Source: Candidatus Limnocylindria bacterium (GTDB taxonomy: Bacteria > Chloroflexota > Limnocylindria > P2-11E). Taken from it: 41,705 nt of DNA. The DNA is taken from assembly GCA_038324015.1 (NCBI GenBank), contig JBBQHN010000003.1:1-41705 (forward strand), written 5' to 3'. The notes beneath the pieces were generated by a model. That model was given only the letters and a program-made list of their open reading frames with translations, did no database searches and was not told the origin of the DNA. Of this stretch, positions 24,837 through 33,460 are shown in pieces. The stretch's first letter is position 1. Every line of letters begins with the position of its first letter. The translations under genes were made by a program, and so were the position numbers.

Positions 24837-25357
24837 TAGTCCTTCGGCTCGGTCGCCCCGGTGCGCAGGCCCTGCTTCGCCTTCTTCGCGAGCGCCTTCG
24901 CGACGTTCGGCGGGACGAGCTTCTCGACCGTCGCGCCGAACGCGACGAGCTCCTTCACTCGCGAAGCGGAAACGAAGAGGTACTCCGGTGCGGTCATGAG
25001 CAAGACCATCTCGAGCTCCTCAGCGAGCAAGCGGTTCATGTTCGCCATCTCGAACTCGAACTCAAAGTCGGAAAGCGCGCGGATCCCTCGAATGATGAAC
25101 GTGGCGCCGACCCTCCGGGCAAACTCGACCTGCAGGCTGTCGAAGCTGACGACCTCGACATTTTTGAGCTTGGCGCACGCCTCCTTCATCAGGGCGACGC
25201 GCTCGTCCGCGGTGAAGACGGTCTTTTTGGAAAGGTTGCGGCCGACGCCGATGACCACGCGGTCGAACAGGCGCGAGGCCCGCTCGACGATGTCGAGATG
25301 GCCGTTCGTCGGCGGGTCGAAGGATCCCGGATAGATCGCAACGCGTTCCACTGCCAC
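24836..25357 (-). CDS. coaD: Phosphopantetheine adenylyltransferase
   Basis: IYPGSFDPPTNGHLDI, IRGIRALSDFEFE, VSASRVKE. AGGAGG SD at 25367-25372, 9 nt before GTG 25357. Confidence 0.96.
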   Translation of the reverse strand: MAVERVAIYPGSFDPPTNGHLDIVERASRLFDRVVIGVGRNLSKKTVFTADERVALMKEACAKLKNVEVVSFDSLQVEFARRVGATFIIRGIRALSDFEFEFEMANMNRLLAEELEMVLLMTAPEYLFVSASRVKELVAFGATVEKLVPPNVAKALAKKAKQGLRTGATEPKD

Positions 25358-25401
25358 TTGGTCGCGCCTCCTGTTATCGGTAGTGCACGCCGGGGCTAAG
25401 C

Positions 25402-25707
25402 CTATCTCCTGGTCAGTGCCACTCCCGAAAGCAGCAGGCCGGCCGCGAGCGTCACCGCCGACGCGACCGTCTGGAGGTCCGTGGCGATCCCGTGTACGAC
25501 GATGCCCGCGAGGCCGGAGCCAACGAGACCTCCGGCGATGGCCGCGCCGGCGCGGCCCCGCGCCGCGGCGAACGGCAGGACGAACACGAGACCGAGCACG
25601 ATCCCACCGAGCGAGGCGAGAATCCCGCCAACGAGCGCGCCAGCGATCGCGCCGCCCAGCCACCACGGAAAACGGCCGCTCAGGCTTCCGCGCTGTAGAT
25701 CTGCCAT
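25402..25707 (-). CDS. Small Gly-rich hypothetical membrane protein (~101 aa)
   Basis: Three to four hydrophobic Gly/Ala/Leu segments. Fills the hutI-coaD gap; purine-rich tract before ATG 25707. Confidence 0.55.
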   Translation of the reverse strand: MADLQRGSLSGRFPWWLGGAIAGALVGGILASLGGIVLGLVFVLPFAAARGRAGAAIAGGLVGSGLAGIVVHGIATDLQTVASAVTLAAGLLLSGVALTRR

Positions 25708-25729
25708 TCGGTCGGGTACCCCTTTCAAT

Positions 25730-26986
25730 TCACGCCACGCGCCTCCCGGCCGCGTAGACCTCGCGGACCAATGGTGCACCGAGGCGGTAGCAAAGATCGC
25801 GCTCATCGTCGGTCTCGAGCACGATCAGATCGGCGCGCCGGCCGGCGACCAGCGCGCCGGTGCGCGAGCCGCGGCCGAGCGCGTGCGCGCCATTGATCGT
25901 GGCGGCGACGATCGCCTCGTGCGGCGTAAGGTGCGAGAGGGTCACCGCCAGGGCGATCGCGGTGGGCATTCCCTCGAGCGGCGACGTTCCAGGGTTGTGA
26001 TCGGTCGCGATGGCGACCGGGACGCGCGCGGCGAGGAACCGGCGAGCGTCCGGCGGCGTGTAGCCGACGAAGAACGCACTGCCGGGAAGGAGCACCGCGA
26101 CCGTGTGCCCCATGCGGGCGAGGACGCGCATCCCATCGACCGACACGTTCGCGAGGTGATCCGCCGATCGGGCCTGAAGACGCGCCGCGAACGCGGCGCC
26201 GTCCACGTCGTGCAGCTGATCGGCGTGCACGGTGACCGCGAGTCCCGCGGCCTGCCCCGCCTTCAGCAGCGGGCGCACCTCTTCCGGCTCGAACGCTCCC
26301 TTCTCGACGAATGCGTCGATCGCCTCCGCAAGGTGCTCTGACGCGACCGTCGCGACCATCGCCTCGGCGGCCTTGAGGAAGGTCTTCTTATCCGTGCCGT
26401 GCGGGAGCGCGTGGGCCGCGAGATACGTCACCGCGACATCGACCGCGGACTCCGTGCGGATGCGCGCGATCAGCCGCAGCTGCCGCAGCTCCTCGTCGGG
26501 ATCGAGGCCGTAGCCGCTCTTGATCTCGATGGTCGTGGTGCCGAGTGACACGGCGCGGGCGAGCCGCGCGCGCATGAGCGCGAGGAGCGTCTCTTCGGAT
26601 GCGTCGCGCGTCGCGCGCATCGTCGCGTGGATCCCACCACCGCGTTCGAGGACCGCGAGGTAGTCGGCACCGCTCTGTCGCGTCGCAAACTCGTCCCAGC
26701 GCTGACCCGCGTAGCAGAGGTGGGTATGCGCATCGACGAAGCCGGGCATCACGACGCGGCCGGCGACCTGCCGCTCGATCGCGCCTGGTGTGAGATCGAG
26801 CTGCTGCCACGTGTCGCCACGACCGGTCGCGACGATCGCGCCATCGCGCGCGGCAAGCCACCCGTCAGCGACCGCGCCGACGTCCCCCGCCGCGGGCCCG
26901 ACCCGCGGCTGCTCCGTCTTGAATGGCGCGAGGGTGAGGAGGCGCGCGCCGCGCACCAGTAGGTCGACCTGCGGGCGCTCATTCAC
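25730..26986 (-). CDS. hutI: Imidazolonepropionase
   Basis: MPGFVDAHTH, GGGIHAT, EIKSGYGL, AAHA, VHADQL, SADHL, ATDHNPGTSP. Confidence 0.94.
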   Translation of the reverse strand: MNERPQVDLLVRGARLLTLAPFKTEQPRVGPAAGDVGAVADGWLAARDGAIVATGRGDTWQQLDLTPGAIERQVAGRVVMPGFVDAHTHLCYAGQRWDEFATRQSGADYLAVLERGGGIHATMRATRDASEETLLALMRARLARAVSLGTTTIEIKSGYGLDPDEELRQLRLIARIRTESAVDVAVTYLAAHALPHGTDKKTFLKAAEAMVATVASEHLAEAIDAFVEKGAFEPEEVRPLLKAGQAAGLAVTVHADQLHDVDGAAFAARLQARSADHLANVSVDGMRVLARMGHTVAVLLPGSAFFVGYTPPDARRFLAARVPVAIATDHNPGTSPLEGMPTAIALAVTLSHLTPHEAIVAATINGAHALGRGSRTGALVAGRRADLIVLETDDERDLCYRLGAPLVREVYAAGRRVA

Positions 26987-27877
26987 CTACAGGAAGTGCG
27001 CTTCGATCACCCGGTCGCGCGGTAGGGACTCGAGCTCCAGCGCCGCGCCGGCGACGGCGAGCGCGGCGTCGAGCGGGATGAGGCCGATGAGCTCGCCACG
27101 GATGATGCGGACCCCCGCGGCTGTCGCACGCGTTTCCACTGCGTGCCATACCTGCGGCAGTGTCGTGACGGTGTGATCCAGCAGATTCATCGAGACCTGC
27201 GCGCGTGGCGGGTCGGTCAGCATGAAGCCCTTCGCCTGCACCGCCGGCAGACCCCCGGACGACTCGCGGATCTCTCTTGCGATCCGCTGCGCGAGCTTCA
27301 GGTCGATCGTCTCGAGCTCGATGTTGAACGCGATGAGCGGTGGCCGTGCGCCGATCACGATCGCGCCCGCGGTCGGGTTGAGCGTCATAGGTCCCGCGTC
27401 GGGTACGTGCGTCGTCCCGAGGAACACCGCGAGGCCCTCGTACTCGGGCTTGCGGATGTCCGGGAGGCGGACTCGCTCGGGCCGGGTCGCGGCCTTCGCG
27501 TAGTAGAAGACGGGCACCTGATGGCGCGCCGCCACGACTTCACCCACTCGATGGGCGATCGCGACGCAGTCCTCCATGGTCGATCCCGTGAGGGGCACGA
27601 ATGGCACCACGTCGACAGCGCCGAGTCGGGGGTGCTCCCCCTTGTGACCGCGCATGTCGATGACCTTGTACGTGGCGTCGATGAGCGCCAGTGCCGCTCT
27701 CTCGACGGCGTCTGCTTCGCCCGCGAATGTGAAGACCGAGCGGTTGTGATCGGGATCGCTCGTGCGGTCCAGGAGTCGCACACCGGGAGTCGCGATGATG
27801 ACGGCGGCGAGGCCGTCGATGACGTCGAGGCGGCGGCCCTCGCTGACGTTCGGAACGCACTCGACGATGCCTGGCAC
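26987..27877 (-). CDS. Glutamate formiminotransferase (FTCD N-terminal domain)
   Basis: VECVPNVSEGR, DPDHNRSV, HPRLGAVDVVPFVP, GARPPLIAFN, QVSMNL, ELIGLIP. Confidence 0.93.
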   Translation of the reverse strand: MPGIVECVPNVSEGRRLDVIDGLAAVIIATPGVRLLDRTSDPDHNRSVFTFAGEADAVERAALALIDATYKVIDMRGHKGEHPRLGAVDVVPFVPLTGSTMEDCVAIAHRVGEVVAARHQVPVFYYAKAATRPERVRLPDIRKPEYEGLAVFLGTTHVPDAGPMTLNPTAGAIVIGARPPLIAFNIELETIDLKLAQRIAREIRESSGGLPAVQAKGFMLTDPPRAQVSMNLLDHTVTTLPQVWHAVETRATAAGVRIIRGELIGLIPLDAALAVAGAALELESLPRDRVIEAHFL

Positions 27878-27891
27878 GAGTGGAGCCTAGG

Positions 27892-28311
27892 TCAGTCGGC
27901 CTTCGCGGCTCCGGCTTCGCGGACGCGATACGTCAGCGCCTTCATGATGGCGTGCGAGATATCGGTGTCCTGGTGCAGCACGTTCTGGAACTGGCGCGGG
28001 CCAAGGACCAGGCACCGCGCGGGCGATGTCGTGGTAACGGTCGCCGTCCGTTTGCCGCCGTCGAGGAGCGCGATCTCGCCGAAGAAGTCGCCGGTGGCCA
28101 TTTTCGTGATCCGCTTGTTCGCGCGGGTCACGTCGGCGGTGCCGGACATGAGGACGAAGAAATCGCCACCGCTCTGACCCTCGCGGCACAGGACCTTGCC
28201 CGCCGGGAAGTCCATCTCTTCGACCTGCGTCGCGATGAACGCAAGCTCTTTGGCCGTGCAGTGCGCGAACAGCGGCACGGCCTTCAGCTTGGCAGCCTTC
28301 GCGTCGGCCAT
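27892..28311 (-). CDS. Stand-alone cyclic-nucleotide-binding domain protein
   Basis: LKAVPLF, EGQSG, GDFFGEIALLDGGKRTATV. No HTH. Confidence 0.88.
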   Translation of the reverse strand: MADAKAAKLKAVPLFAHCTAKELAFIATQVEEMDFPAGKVLCREGQSGGDFFVLMSGTADVTRANKRITKMATGDFFGEIALLDGGKRTATVTTTSPARCLVLGPRQFQNVLHQDTDISHAIMKALTYRVREAGAAKAD

Positions 28312-28315
28312 CGCC

Positions 28316-28756
28316 CTAGTGCTTGGCGCTCATCTCGTCCTCGCGTTCCGCGTTGCGGAGACGCTTCGTGAGGACAGGAAGGAGCGTGAGCGCGATCTGG
28401 GGATGGCTCTCGAGGATCCCCTTGAAGTGCCAGCGCTGGATGCCAAGGCATGTGGTCGGCTCGGTCGCGCGGACCGTCGCGGACCGCGGGAACTCATCGA
28501 GAAGCGCCATCTCGCCGAAGACGTCGCCGGACTTGAGCTCAGCGAGCTTGTGCTGATGGCCGCTGCGGTCCTGGACCGCCTCGACCCTGCCAGTCTTGAT
28601 GATGAACGCGCCGACCCCGGTGTCGCCCTGGCGGACGATCTCCTGGCCGGCCGTGTACGACTGTTCGACGGCCGCGTTCGCAATGGCCTCGAGCGACTTC
28701 CGATCGAGGTCCTGGAAGAGCGGCACGTGCTTCAGGAACGCAACGTTGTCAGCCAT
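28316..28756 (-). CDS. Stand-alone cyclic-nucleotide-binding domain protein
   Basis: LKHVPLF, QGDTG, GDVFGEMALLDEFPRSATV. ATG at 28756; the ORF-track extension to 29467 is antisense to the GNAT. Confidence 0.88.
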   Translation of the reverse strand: MADNVAFLKHVPLFQDLDRKSLEAIANAAVEQSYTAGQEIVRQGDTGVGAFIIKTGRVEAVQDRSGHQHKLAELKSGDVFGEMALLDEFPRSATVRATEPTTCLGIQRWHFKGILESHPQIALTLLPVLTKRLRNAEREDEMSAKH

Positions 28757-28804
28757 GAGGCGGCAGCATAGCCGAGGCTCCGTTGGCCCGATACTGGGCG
28801 AACC

Positions 28805-29641
28805 GTGTCGTTCAGGGTCGAAGTTGCGACCGACATCGCAGCCTGCGCGCTGACCGTCCCGATCCAGGAGGAGACCTGGAGCGGCGACGTCACGGTGCCG
28901 CCACAGCTGCTTCTGGCGACCGTCCACAACGGAGGATTCGTCGCGCTCGGCTACGTCGACGGGGACGAGCGTCCGGCGGGGTTCGTCTTCGGCTTCCTCG
29001 GCATCTACGACTACCACTTCCGTCATCACTCGCACATGCTCGCCGTGCGCCCCGAACATCGCGGCTCCGGACTGGCGATCGGGCTGAAGGAGGCACAGCG
29101 GGACCACTGCCTGGACCAGGGCATCGAGATCATGGCCTGGACGATGGACCCCCTCGAGTCGCTGAACGCGCGATTCAACTTCGGCAAGCTGGGCACGTAC
29201 GCCCGTGAGTACCACCGCGACTTCTACGGCGCGATGCCCGACAAGCTGAACGCCGGTCTTCCCTCGGACCGCTTCTACGTCGAGTGGCCGATCGGCACCG
29301 ACCGCACCTACAAACGGCTGCGCGGCGAGGACCAGCCACCCGCGCTCGAGAACGCCGAGCGCGAGGAGATCCGCCTGCTCCTCCGCGCCGACGGCGACCG
29401 CCCCGTGCTCGCCCATCCACCGGCAGGCGAATCGCACCTGCTCGTCGAGATCCCCGCCGACTTCCAAAGCATCAAGCGGCGCGACCAGGGACTCGCGCTC
29501 GAGTGGCGCAGCGCCGCGCGCGGCGCGTTCGAAGGCGCATTCGCGCAGGGCTACGCTGCCGTCGAGTTCCTTCGCGGCGCGAACGGGCGCGGCGCGTACC
29601 TGCTCGTGCCGCAGCCGCGGCGTAAGGATGAAACGTCATGA
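28805..29641 (+). CDS. GNAT-family acyltransferase (putative D-amino-acid N-succinyltransferase)
   Basis: GFVFGF, HSHMLAVRPEHRGSGLAIGLKEAQR, WTMDPL, NARFNFGKLG, FYG, PSDRF. Coupled (ATGA) to the NSAR/OSBS gene. Confidence 0.8.
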   Translation: MSFRVEVATDIAACALTVPIQEETWSGDVTVPPQLLLATVHNGGFVALGYVDGDERPAGFVFGFLGIYDYHFRHHSHMLAVRPEHRGSGLAIGLKEAQRDHCLDQGIEIMAWTMDPLESLNARFNFGKLGTYAREYHRDFYGAMPDKLNAGLPSDRFYVEWPIGTDRTYKRLRGEDQPPALENAEREEIRLLLRADGDRPVLAHPPAGESHLLVEIPADFQSIKRRDQGLALEWRSAARGAFEGAFAQGYAAVEFLRGANGRGAYLLVPQPRRKDETS

Positions 29642-30753
29642 GATTGGACCGGGTCGAGCTCTTCGTCGTGCGGCTGCCGCTGAAGCGCCCCTACGAGACC
29701 AGCGGCTCGCGCGAGACGCATCAGACGCACGTCCTTTGCCGCACGGAAAGCGACGGCGCGGTCGGTTGGGGCGAGAGCGTCGCGCCGGAGCTGCCGTGGT
29801 ACTCCGGCGAGACGCCGAAGACGGTCTGGTACGCACTCGACGAGATCCTCATCCCGGAGCTACTCAAGACCGATCTCGCGAGTCCGGCGAACGCGGACCA
29901 CGCGATGTCGTGGGTCCGCGAGCACCGGATGGCGAAAGCCACGATCGAGATGGCGATCTGGGACCTCGCCGCCAAGCAGCAGGGCCTCCCACTATCGACG
30001 GTGCTCGGCGGAACCCGCGACCGGATCCTCTGCGGGGTCGCGATCGGCATTCACCCGTCGGTCGAGGCCCTCTTCGAGACGATCGACCGCGAGCTCCAAG
30101 GTGGCTACCAGCGCGTGAAGCTGAAGATCAAGCCGGGCGCCGACGGTCACGTCGCCGAGGCGGTGCGCAACCGGTACCCGGACCTGGCCTTCATGCTCGA
30201 CGCGAACTCCGCGTACACGCTCGACGACCTGCCGCTCTTCAAGCGCATCGACGCGTATCACCCCACGATGATCGAACAGCCGCTCGCGTATGACGACATC
30301 GTCGATCACGCGACGCTGCAGCGCGCCATCGCCACAGCGGTCTGTCTCGACGAATCGATCCACACGGCGGACGACGCGCGCAAGGCCATCGAGATCGGCG
30401 CGACGAAGGTCATCAACATCAAGCCGGGTCGTGTCGGAGGGCATTCGGTCGCGAAGCGCATCCACGACGTCTGCGCGGATCTGGGCGTTCCAGTGTGGTG
30501 CGGGGGGATGCTCGAGTTCGGCATCGGCCGCGCGCACAACGTGCACCTCGCGTCGCTGCCCAACTTCAGCCTGCCGGGGGACGTGAGCGCGTCAGAGCGC
30601 TACTTCGAGCAGGAGATCATCGGCGAACCGTTCACGGTGGAGCCCGACGGGACGATGACGGTACCGACGGGCCCGGGCATCGGCGTGACCGTGCTCGAGG
30701 ACCTTATCCGGAAGATCGCGCTCCAGACGAAGGAGTACCGGCCGGCTCGCTGA
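29638..30753 (+). CDS. menC: o-Succinylbenzoate synthase / N-succinylamino-acid racemase (NSAR/OSBS, enolase superfamily)
   Basis: KLKIKPG, DANSAY, IEQP, LDESI, NIKPGRVGG, WCGGMLEFGIGRA, PGDVSAS. Confidence 0.88.
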   Translation: MRLDRVELFVVRLPLKRPYETSGSRETHQTHVLCRTESDGAVGWGESVAPELPWYSGETPKTVWYALDEILIPELLKTDLASPANADHAMSWVREHRMAKATIEMAIWDLAAKQQGLPLSTVLGGTRDRILCGVAIGIHPSVEALFETIDRELQGGYQRVKLKIKPGADGHVAEAVRNRYPDLAFMLDANSAYTLDDLPLFKRIDAYHPTMIEQPLAYDDIVDHATLQRAIATAVCLDESIHTADDARKAIEIGATKVINIKPGRVGGHSVAKRIHDVCADLGVPVWCGGMLEFGIGRAHNVHLASLPNFSLPGDVSASERYFEQEIIGEPFTVEPDGTMTVPTGPGIGVTVLEDLIRKIALQTKEYRPAR

Positions 30754-31204
30754 CCGGAGCCTCGGGCGGCCACACGATCACTTCGTCGATCACGGTCCCG
30801 AACGCGTCCACCAGGCGCGCGTAGTCGCCGCGCTCCCAGATCAGCCGCGCAGAGTCGAGCGGACCACCGACGTAGACGTGCTTGCGGCCGTGGGTGAGGT
30901 CGTCGGCGAGCGGATGCATCGCAGCGCGGATGCGTGATCCCGAGTGGATCCGATAGATCTCGCCCGCGGTGACGAACGCGGGCGAGCCCCACGTATAGAT
31001 CCACTTCCACTCGATGGGCTTCGCGATCTCGACCTTCCAGAGCGGCCGGACCTGCTGGAGCCGCCAGTTGCCGAGATCGCTGTCGAGGGCGATCTGGACC
31101 TCGACCCATTCGAGATTGGCGTCATCGAGGCCCGTGCCGGCGGGCGCGGCCTTCAACGACAGGATGCGCGCCTTGTTGGCCTCGGCCGGTTTGAAGTCCG
31201 CCAT
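30704..31204 (-). CDS. Hypothetical protein (~166 aa)
   Basis: Fills the menC-MIP gap with protein-like composition. TAGCGT 8 nt upstream of ATG 31204. 3' end overlaps menC by 50 nt. Confidence 0.65.
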   Translation of the reverse strand: MADFKPAEANKARILSLKAAPAGTGLDDANLEWVEVQIALDSDLGNWRLQQVRPLWKVEIAKPIEWKWIYTWGSPAFVTAGEIYRIHSGSRIRAAMHPLADDLTHGRKHVYVGGPLDSARLIWERGDYARLVDAFGTVIDEVIVWPPEAPVSEPAGTPSSGARSSG

Positions 31205-31260
31205 GGGCGTGAACGCTAGCATTTGGCATCGCGACCCGCGCACGCGTGATGGAGGGGCGA

Positions 31261-32043
31261 TTGACCGAGCACTCCCGCGCGCTGCTGGCCGAGATCGCCG
31301 GGACGTTCATGTTCGTCGTCATCGGCGCGGGAGCGATCGTCACGTCGGTCGTGGCGGGCTCGCCGCCGAACGCGCTACTCGCCATCGCTCTCGCGCACGG
31401 TCTTGCTCTCGCGATCGCCGTGTCGTCGTTCGGCGCCATCTCCGGCGGTCACTTCAATCCGGCTGTGACACTGGCGCTCGCGATCGCGCGCAAGCATCCG
31501 TGGTCGCGCGTACTCACCTACTGGGTCGCACAGCTGATCGGAGCGGTCCTCGCCGGTCTGGTGCTCGGGGTCTTCTTCCAGCCGTACCTCGCCGCGGTGA
31601 ACCAGACGCACCTCGGGACTCCGACCGTCGCGCCGCTCGTCGGTGCGGGCCTCGCGATCGTGATCGAAGCCGTTCTCACGCTCTTCCTCGTGTGGGCGGT
31701 CTTCGGGACCGCGGTGTCGCCGGACGCGCCGAAGATCGCCGGGTTCGGCATCGGGCTCATCGTCGCGGCCGACATCCTGGTCGGCGGCCCGCTCACCGGC
31801 GCCGCGATGAACCCGGCGCGCCACTTCGGCACCGCGGTCGTATCGGGCTACTTCGACAACTGGTTCGTCTACTGGATCGGACCGTTCATCGGCGCCGCCA
31901 TCGGCGGCTTCTCGTACCGCTACATCTTCTCCTCGGCGCAGGAGCGCGACCCGCTCCCGAGACCGGACCTGTCCCCCGTCCGGCCAGACCCGGCTTCGGC
32001 AGCCGAGCCTCACGCCACAGATCGGACCGAACGGCTGGGATAG
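31261..32043 (+). CDS. MIP/aquaporin family channel
   Basis: SGGHFNPAVT and GAAMNPAR (two NPA motifs), six hydrophobic helices, YWIGP. TTG 31261 follows GGAGG; alternative starts at 31246/31249. Confidence 0.95.
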   Translation: MTEHSRALLAEIAGTFMFVVIGAGAIVTSVVAGSPPNALLAIALAHGLALAIAVSSFGAISGGHFNPAVTLALAIARKHPWSRVLTYWVAQLIGAVLAGLVLGVFFQPYLAAVNQTHLGTPTVAPLVGAGLAIVIEAVLTLFLVWAVFGTAVSPDAPKIAGFGIGLIVAADILVGGPLTGAAMNPARHFGTAVVSGYFDNWFVYWIGPFIGAAIGGFSYRYIFSSAQERDPLPRPDLSPVRPDPASAAEPHATDRTERLG

Positions 32044-32048
32044 GCCGG

Positions 32049-32120
32049 TGAGGGGCGAGGGATTCGAACCCTCGACCAAGGGATTAAAAGTCCCCTGCTC
32101 TACCGCTGAGCTAGCCCCCC
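32049..32120 (-). tRNA. tRNA-Lys (anticodon UUU); CCA not encoded
   Basis: GGGGGGC TA GCTC AGCGGTA GAGC A GGGGA CTTTTAA TCCCT ... GAGGG TTCGAAT CCCTC GCCCCTC A: full cloverleaf, followed by CCG. Confidence 0.95.
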
Positions 32121-32190
32121 GCGCTGCCCGCGTGATGATTCTCGCATTAGCCTTACCGGCGACAGCGGACCCGGCGTAGCCTGTGGCGTA

Positions 32191-33195
32191 GTGATCCGGA
32201 CGCGATTCACCGAGCTCGTCGGTGTCCGCCATCCCATCGTCCTCGGCGGGATGTCGGGAGGCACGTCCCCGGAGCTTGTCGCGGCGGTCAGCAACGCGGG
32301 CGGTCTCGGCATCTACGGCGCATCGCAGCGCGTTCGGCCCGGAACGCCCCTGGGTGGAGACGAGACCCGGTCCCTCGGTGAACGGATCCGCTCGCTGACG
32401 GCGGCGCCATTCGGACTGAACCTCTTGCTGTTCGATGCATCTCCTGAGGACGTCGACACCCTGCTCGCATGCCGGCCACGCGTGCTTTCGACGGCGTGGC
32501 GGCGACCGGATCAGGATCTGCGTCCGGTCGCGGAGCGTTCCCACGCAGCGGGCGCGCTGTTCATGCATCAGGCGGACACGCTCGACGAGGCGAAGCGGGC
32601 CGCGGCGGCCGGTGCGGACATCGTCGTCGTGCAGGGCACCGAGGGCGGTGGACACGTCGGGTTGATGGCGTCGCTGCCGCTGGCGCGGATGGTCGTGCGG
32701 GCACTGTCGCCGCTCCCGGTCCTCATTGCCGGCGGCATCGCCGACGGGGCGGGGATCGCCGCCTCGCTGGTGCTCGGCGCAGATGGGGTGTTGCTGGGCA
32801 CCCGATTCCTCGCGACGAACGAGGCGCCGCTCCCGGACGGGTACAAGCGCGCCATCGTCGAGAGCGATGGGCACGACACGCTGCTCTCGGAGATCCCGGA
32901 CATCGCGAGTGATCGGGTGTGGCCCGGTGCGTACGCCCGCGTCCGGCGTAACGCGTTCGTCGAAGCGTGGGCCGGTCGCGAAGGCGAGCTACGACGGCGC
33001 TGGCGCGAAGTGCAGCCGCAGCTACGCGCCGCGCGCGAGGCTGGTGATGCCGCGCACGGCACCCTGCTCATCGGCCAGGATGCCGGGCTGATCGATGAGA
33101 TCGAGCCGGCGGGCGCGCTCGTCGTGCGGCTCGCCGCGGAGGCCGAGGACGTTCTGCGTCGGCGCACGTTAGCGGTACTGGACGAGATGGGCTAG
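32191..33195 (+). CDS. Nitronate monooxygenase / FabK-like flavoprotein
   Basis: PIVLGGM, AAVSNAGGLG, PFGLNL, QGTEGGGH, AGGIADG, LGTRFLAT, GQDAGLI. Confidence 0.88.
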   Translation: MIRTRFTELVGVRHPIVLGGMSGGTSPELVAAVSNAGGLGIYGASQRVRPGTPLGGDETRSLGERIRSLTAAPFGLNLLLFDASPEDVDTLLACRPRVLSTAWRRPDQDLRPVAERSHAAGALFMHQADTLDEAKRAAAAGADIVVVQGTEGGGHVGLMASLPLARMVVRALSPLPVLIAGGIADGAGIAASLVLGADGVLLGTRFLATNEAPLPDGYKRAIVESDGHDTLLSEIPDIASDRVWPGAYARVRRNAFVEAWAGREGELRRRWREVQPQLRAAREAGDAAHGTLLIGQDAGLIDEIEPAGALVVRLAAEAEDVLRRRTLAVLDEMG

Positions 33196-33199
33196 CCGA

Positions 33200-33460
33200 T
33201 CAGCGGATCCCCTTGAGGAGATCTGCGATCGGGACGCCGAGCCGCTTCGCGAAATGCGACAGCGCCGCAAGCGACGGCGCGACCCGGCCGGTCTCCATCT
33301 TCCAGACGTACTGGCGCTGGAAGTAGACGATCCCGCGCGGGCTCTGACCGAGCTCGGCCATCGTGAGGCCCTTCTTCTCGCGGAGCACGCGGATGCGCTT
33401 CCCCACCGCGCGGAGGAGCTTCGACTCGCCGGGCACGTCGGGATTGACGCGCGCCGGCAT
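33200..33460 (-). CDS. XRE-family helix-turn-helix protein
   Basis: VGKRIRVLREKKGLTMAELG...YVWKMETG...PSL...LGVPIADL. Confidence 0.8.
   Translation of the reverse strand: MPARVNPDVPGESKLLRAVGKRIRVLREKKGLTMAELGQSPRGIVYFQRQYVWKMETGRVAPSLAALSHFAKRLGVPIADLLKGIR

Noticed and set aside
27892-29641. cNMP proteins plus GNAT as a split cAMP-activated lysine acetyltransferase (mycobacterial Pat-like)
   Set aside because: The GNAT is divergently transcribed, coupled to NSAR/OSBS, and has the motif set of the succinyltransferase-type family.
32046-32048. tRNA lacking encoded CCA (reads CCG)
   Set aside because: Common in many bacteria; CCA is added post-transcriptionally.
32044-33460. tRNA-Lys plus nearby XRE gene as a possible prophage or island integration site
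   Set aside because: No integrase, no duplicated tRNA 3' end noticed, and no evident compositional shift. The tRNA 3' end directly abuts the aquaporin gene.
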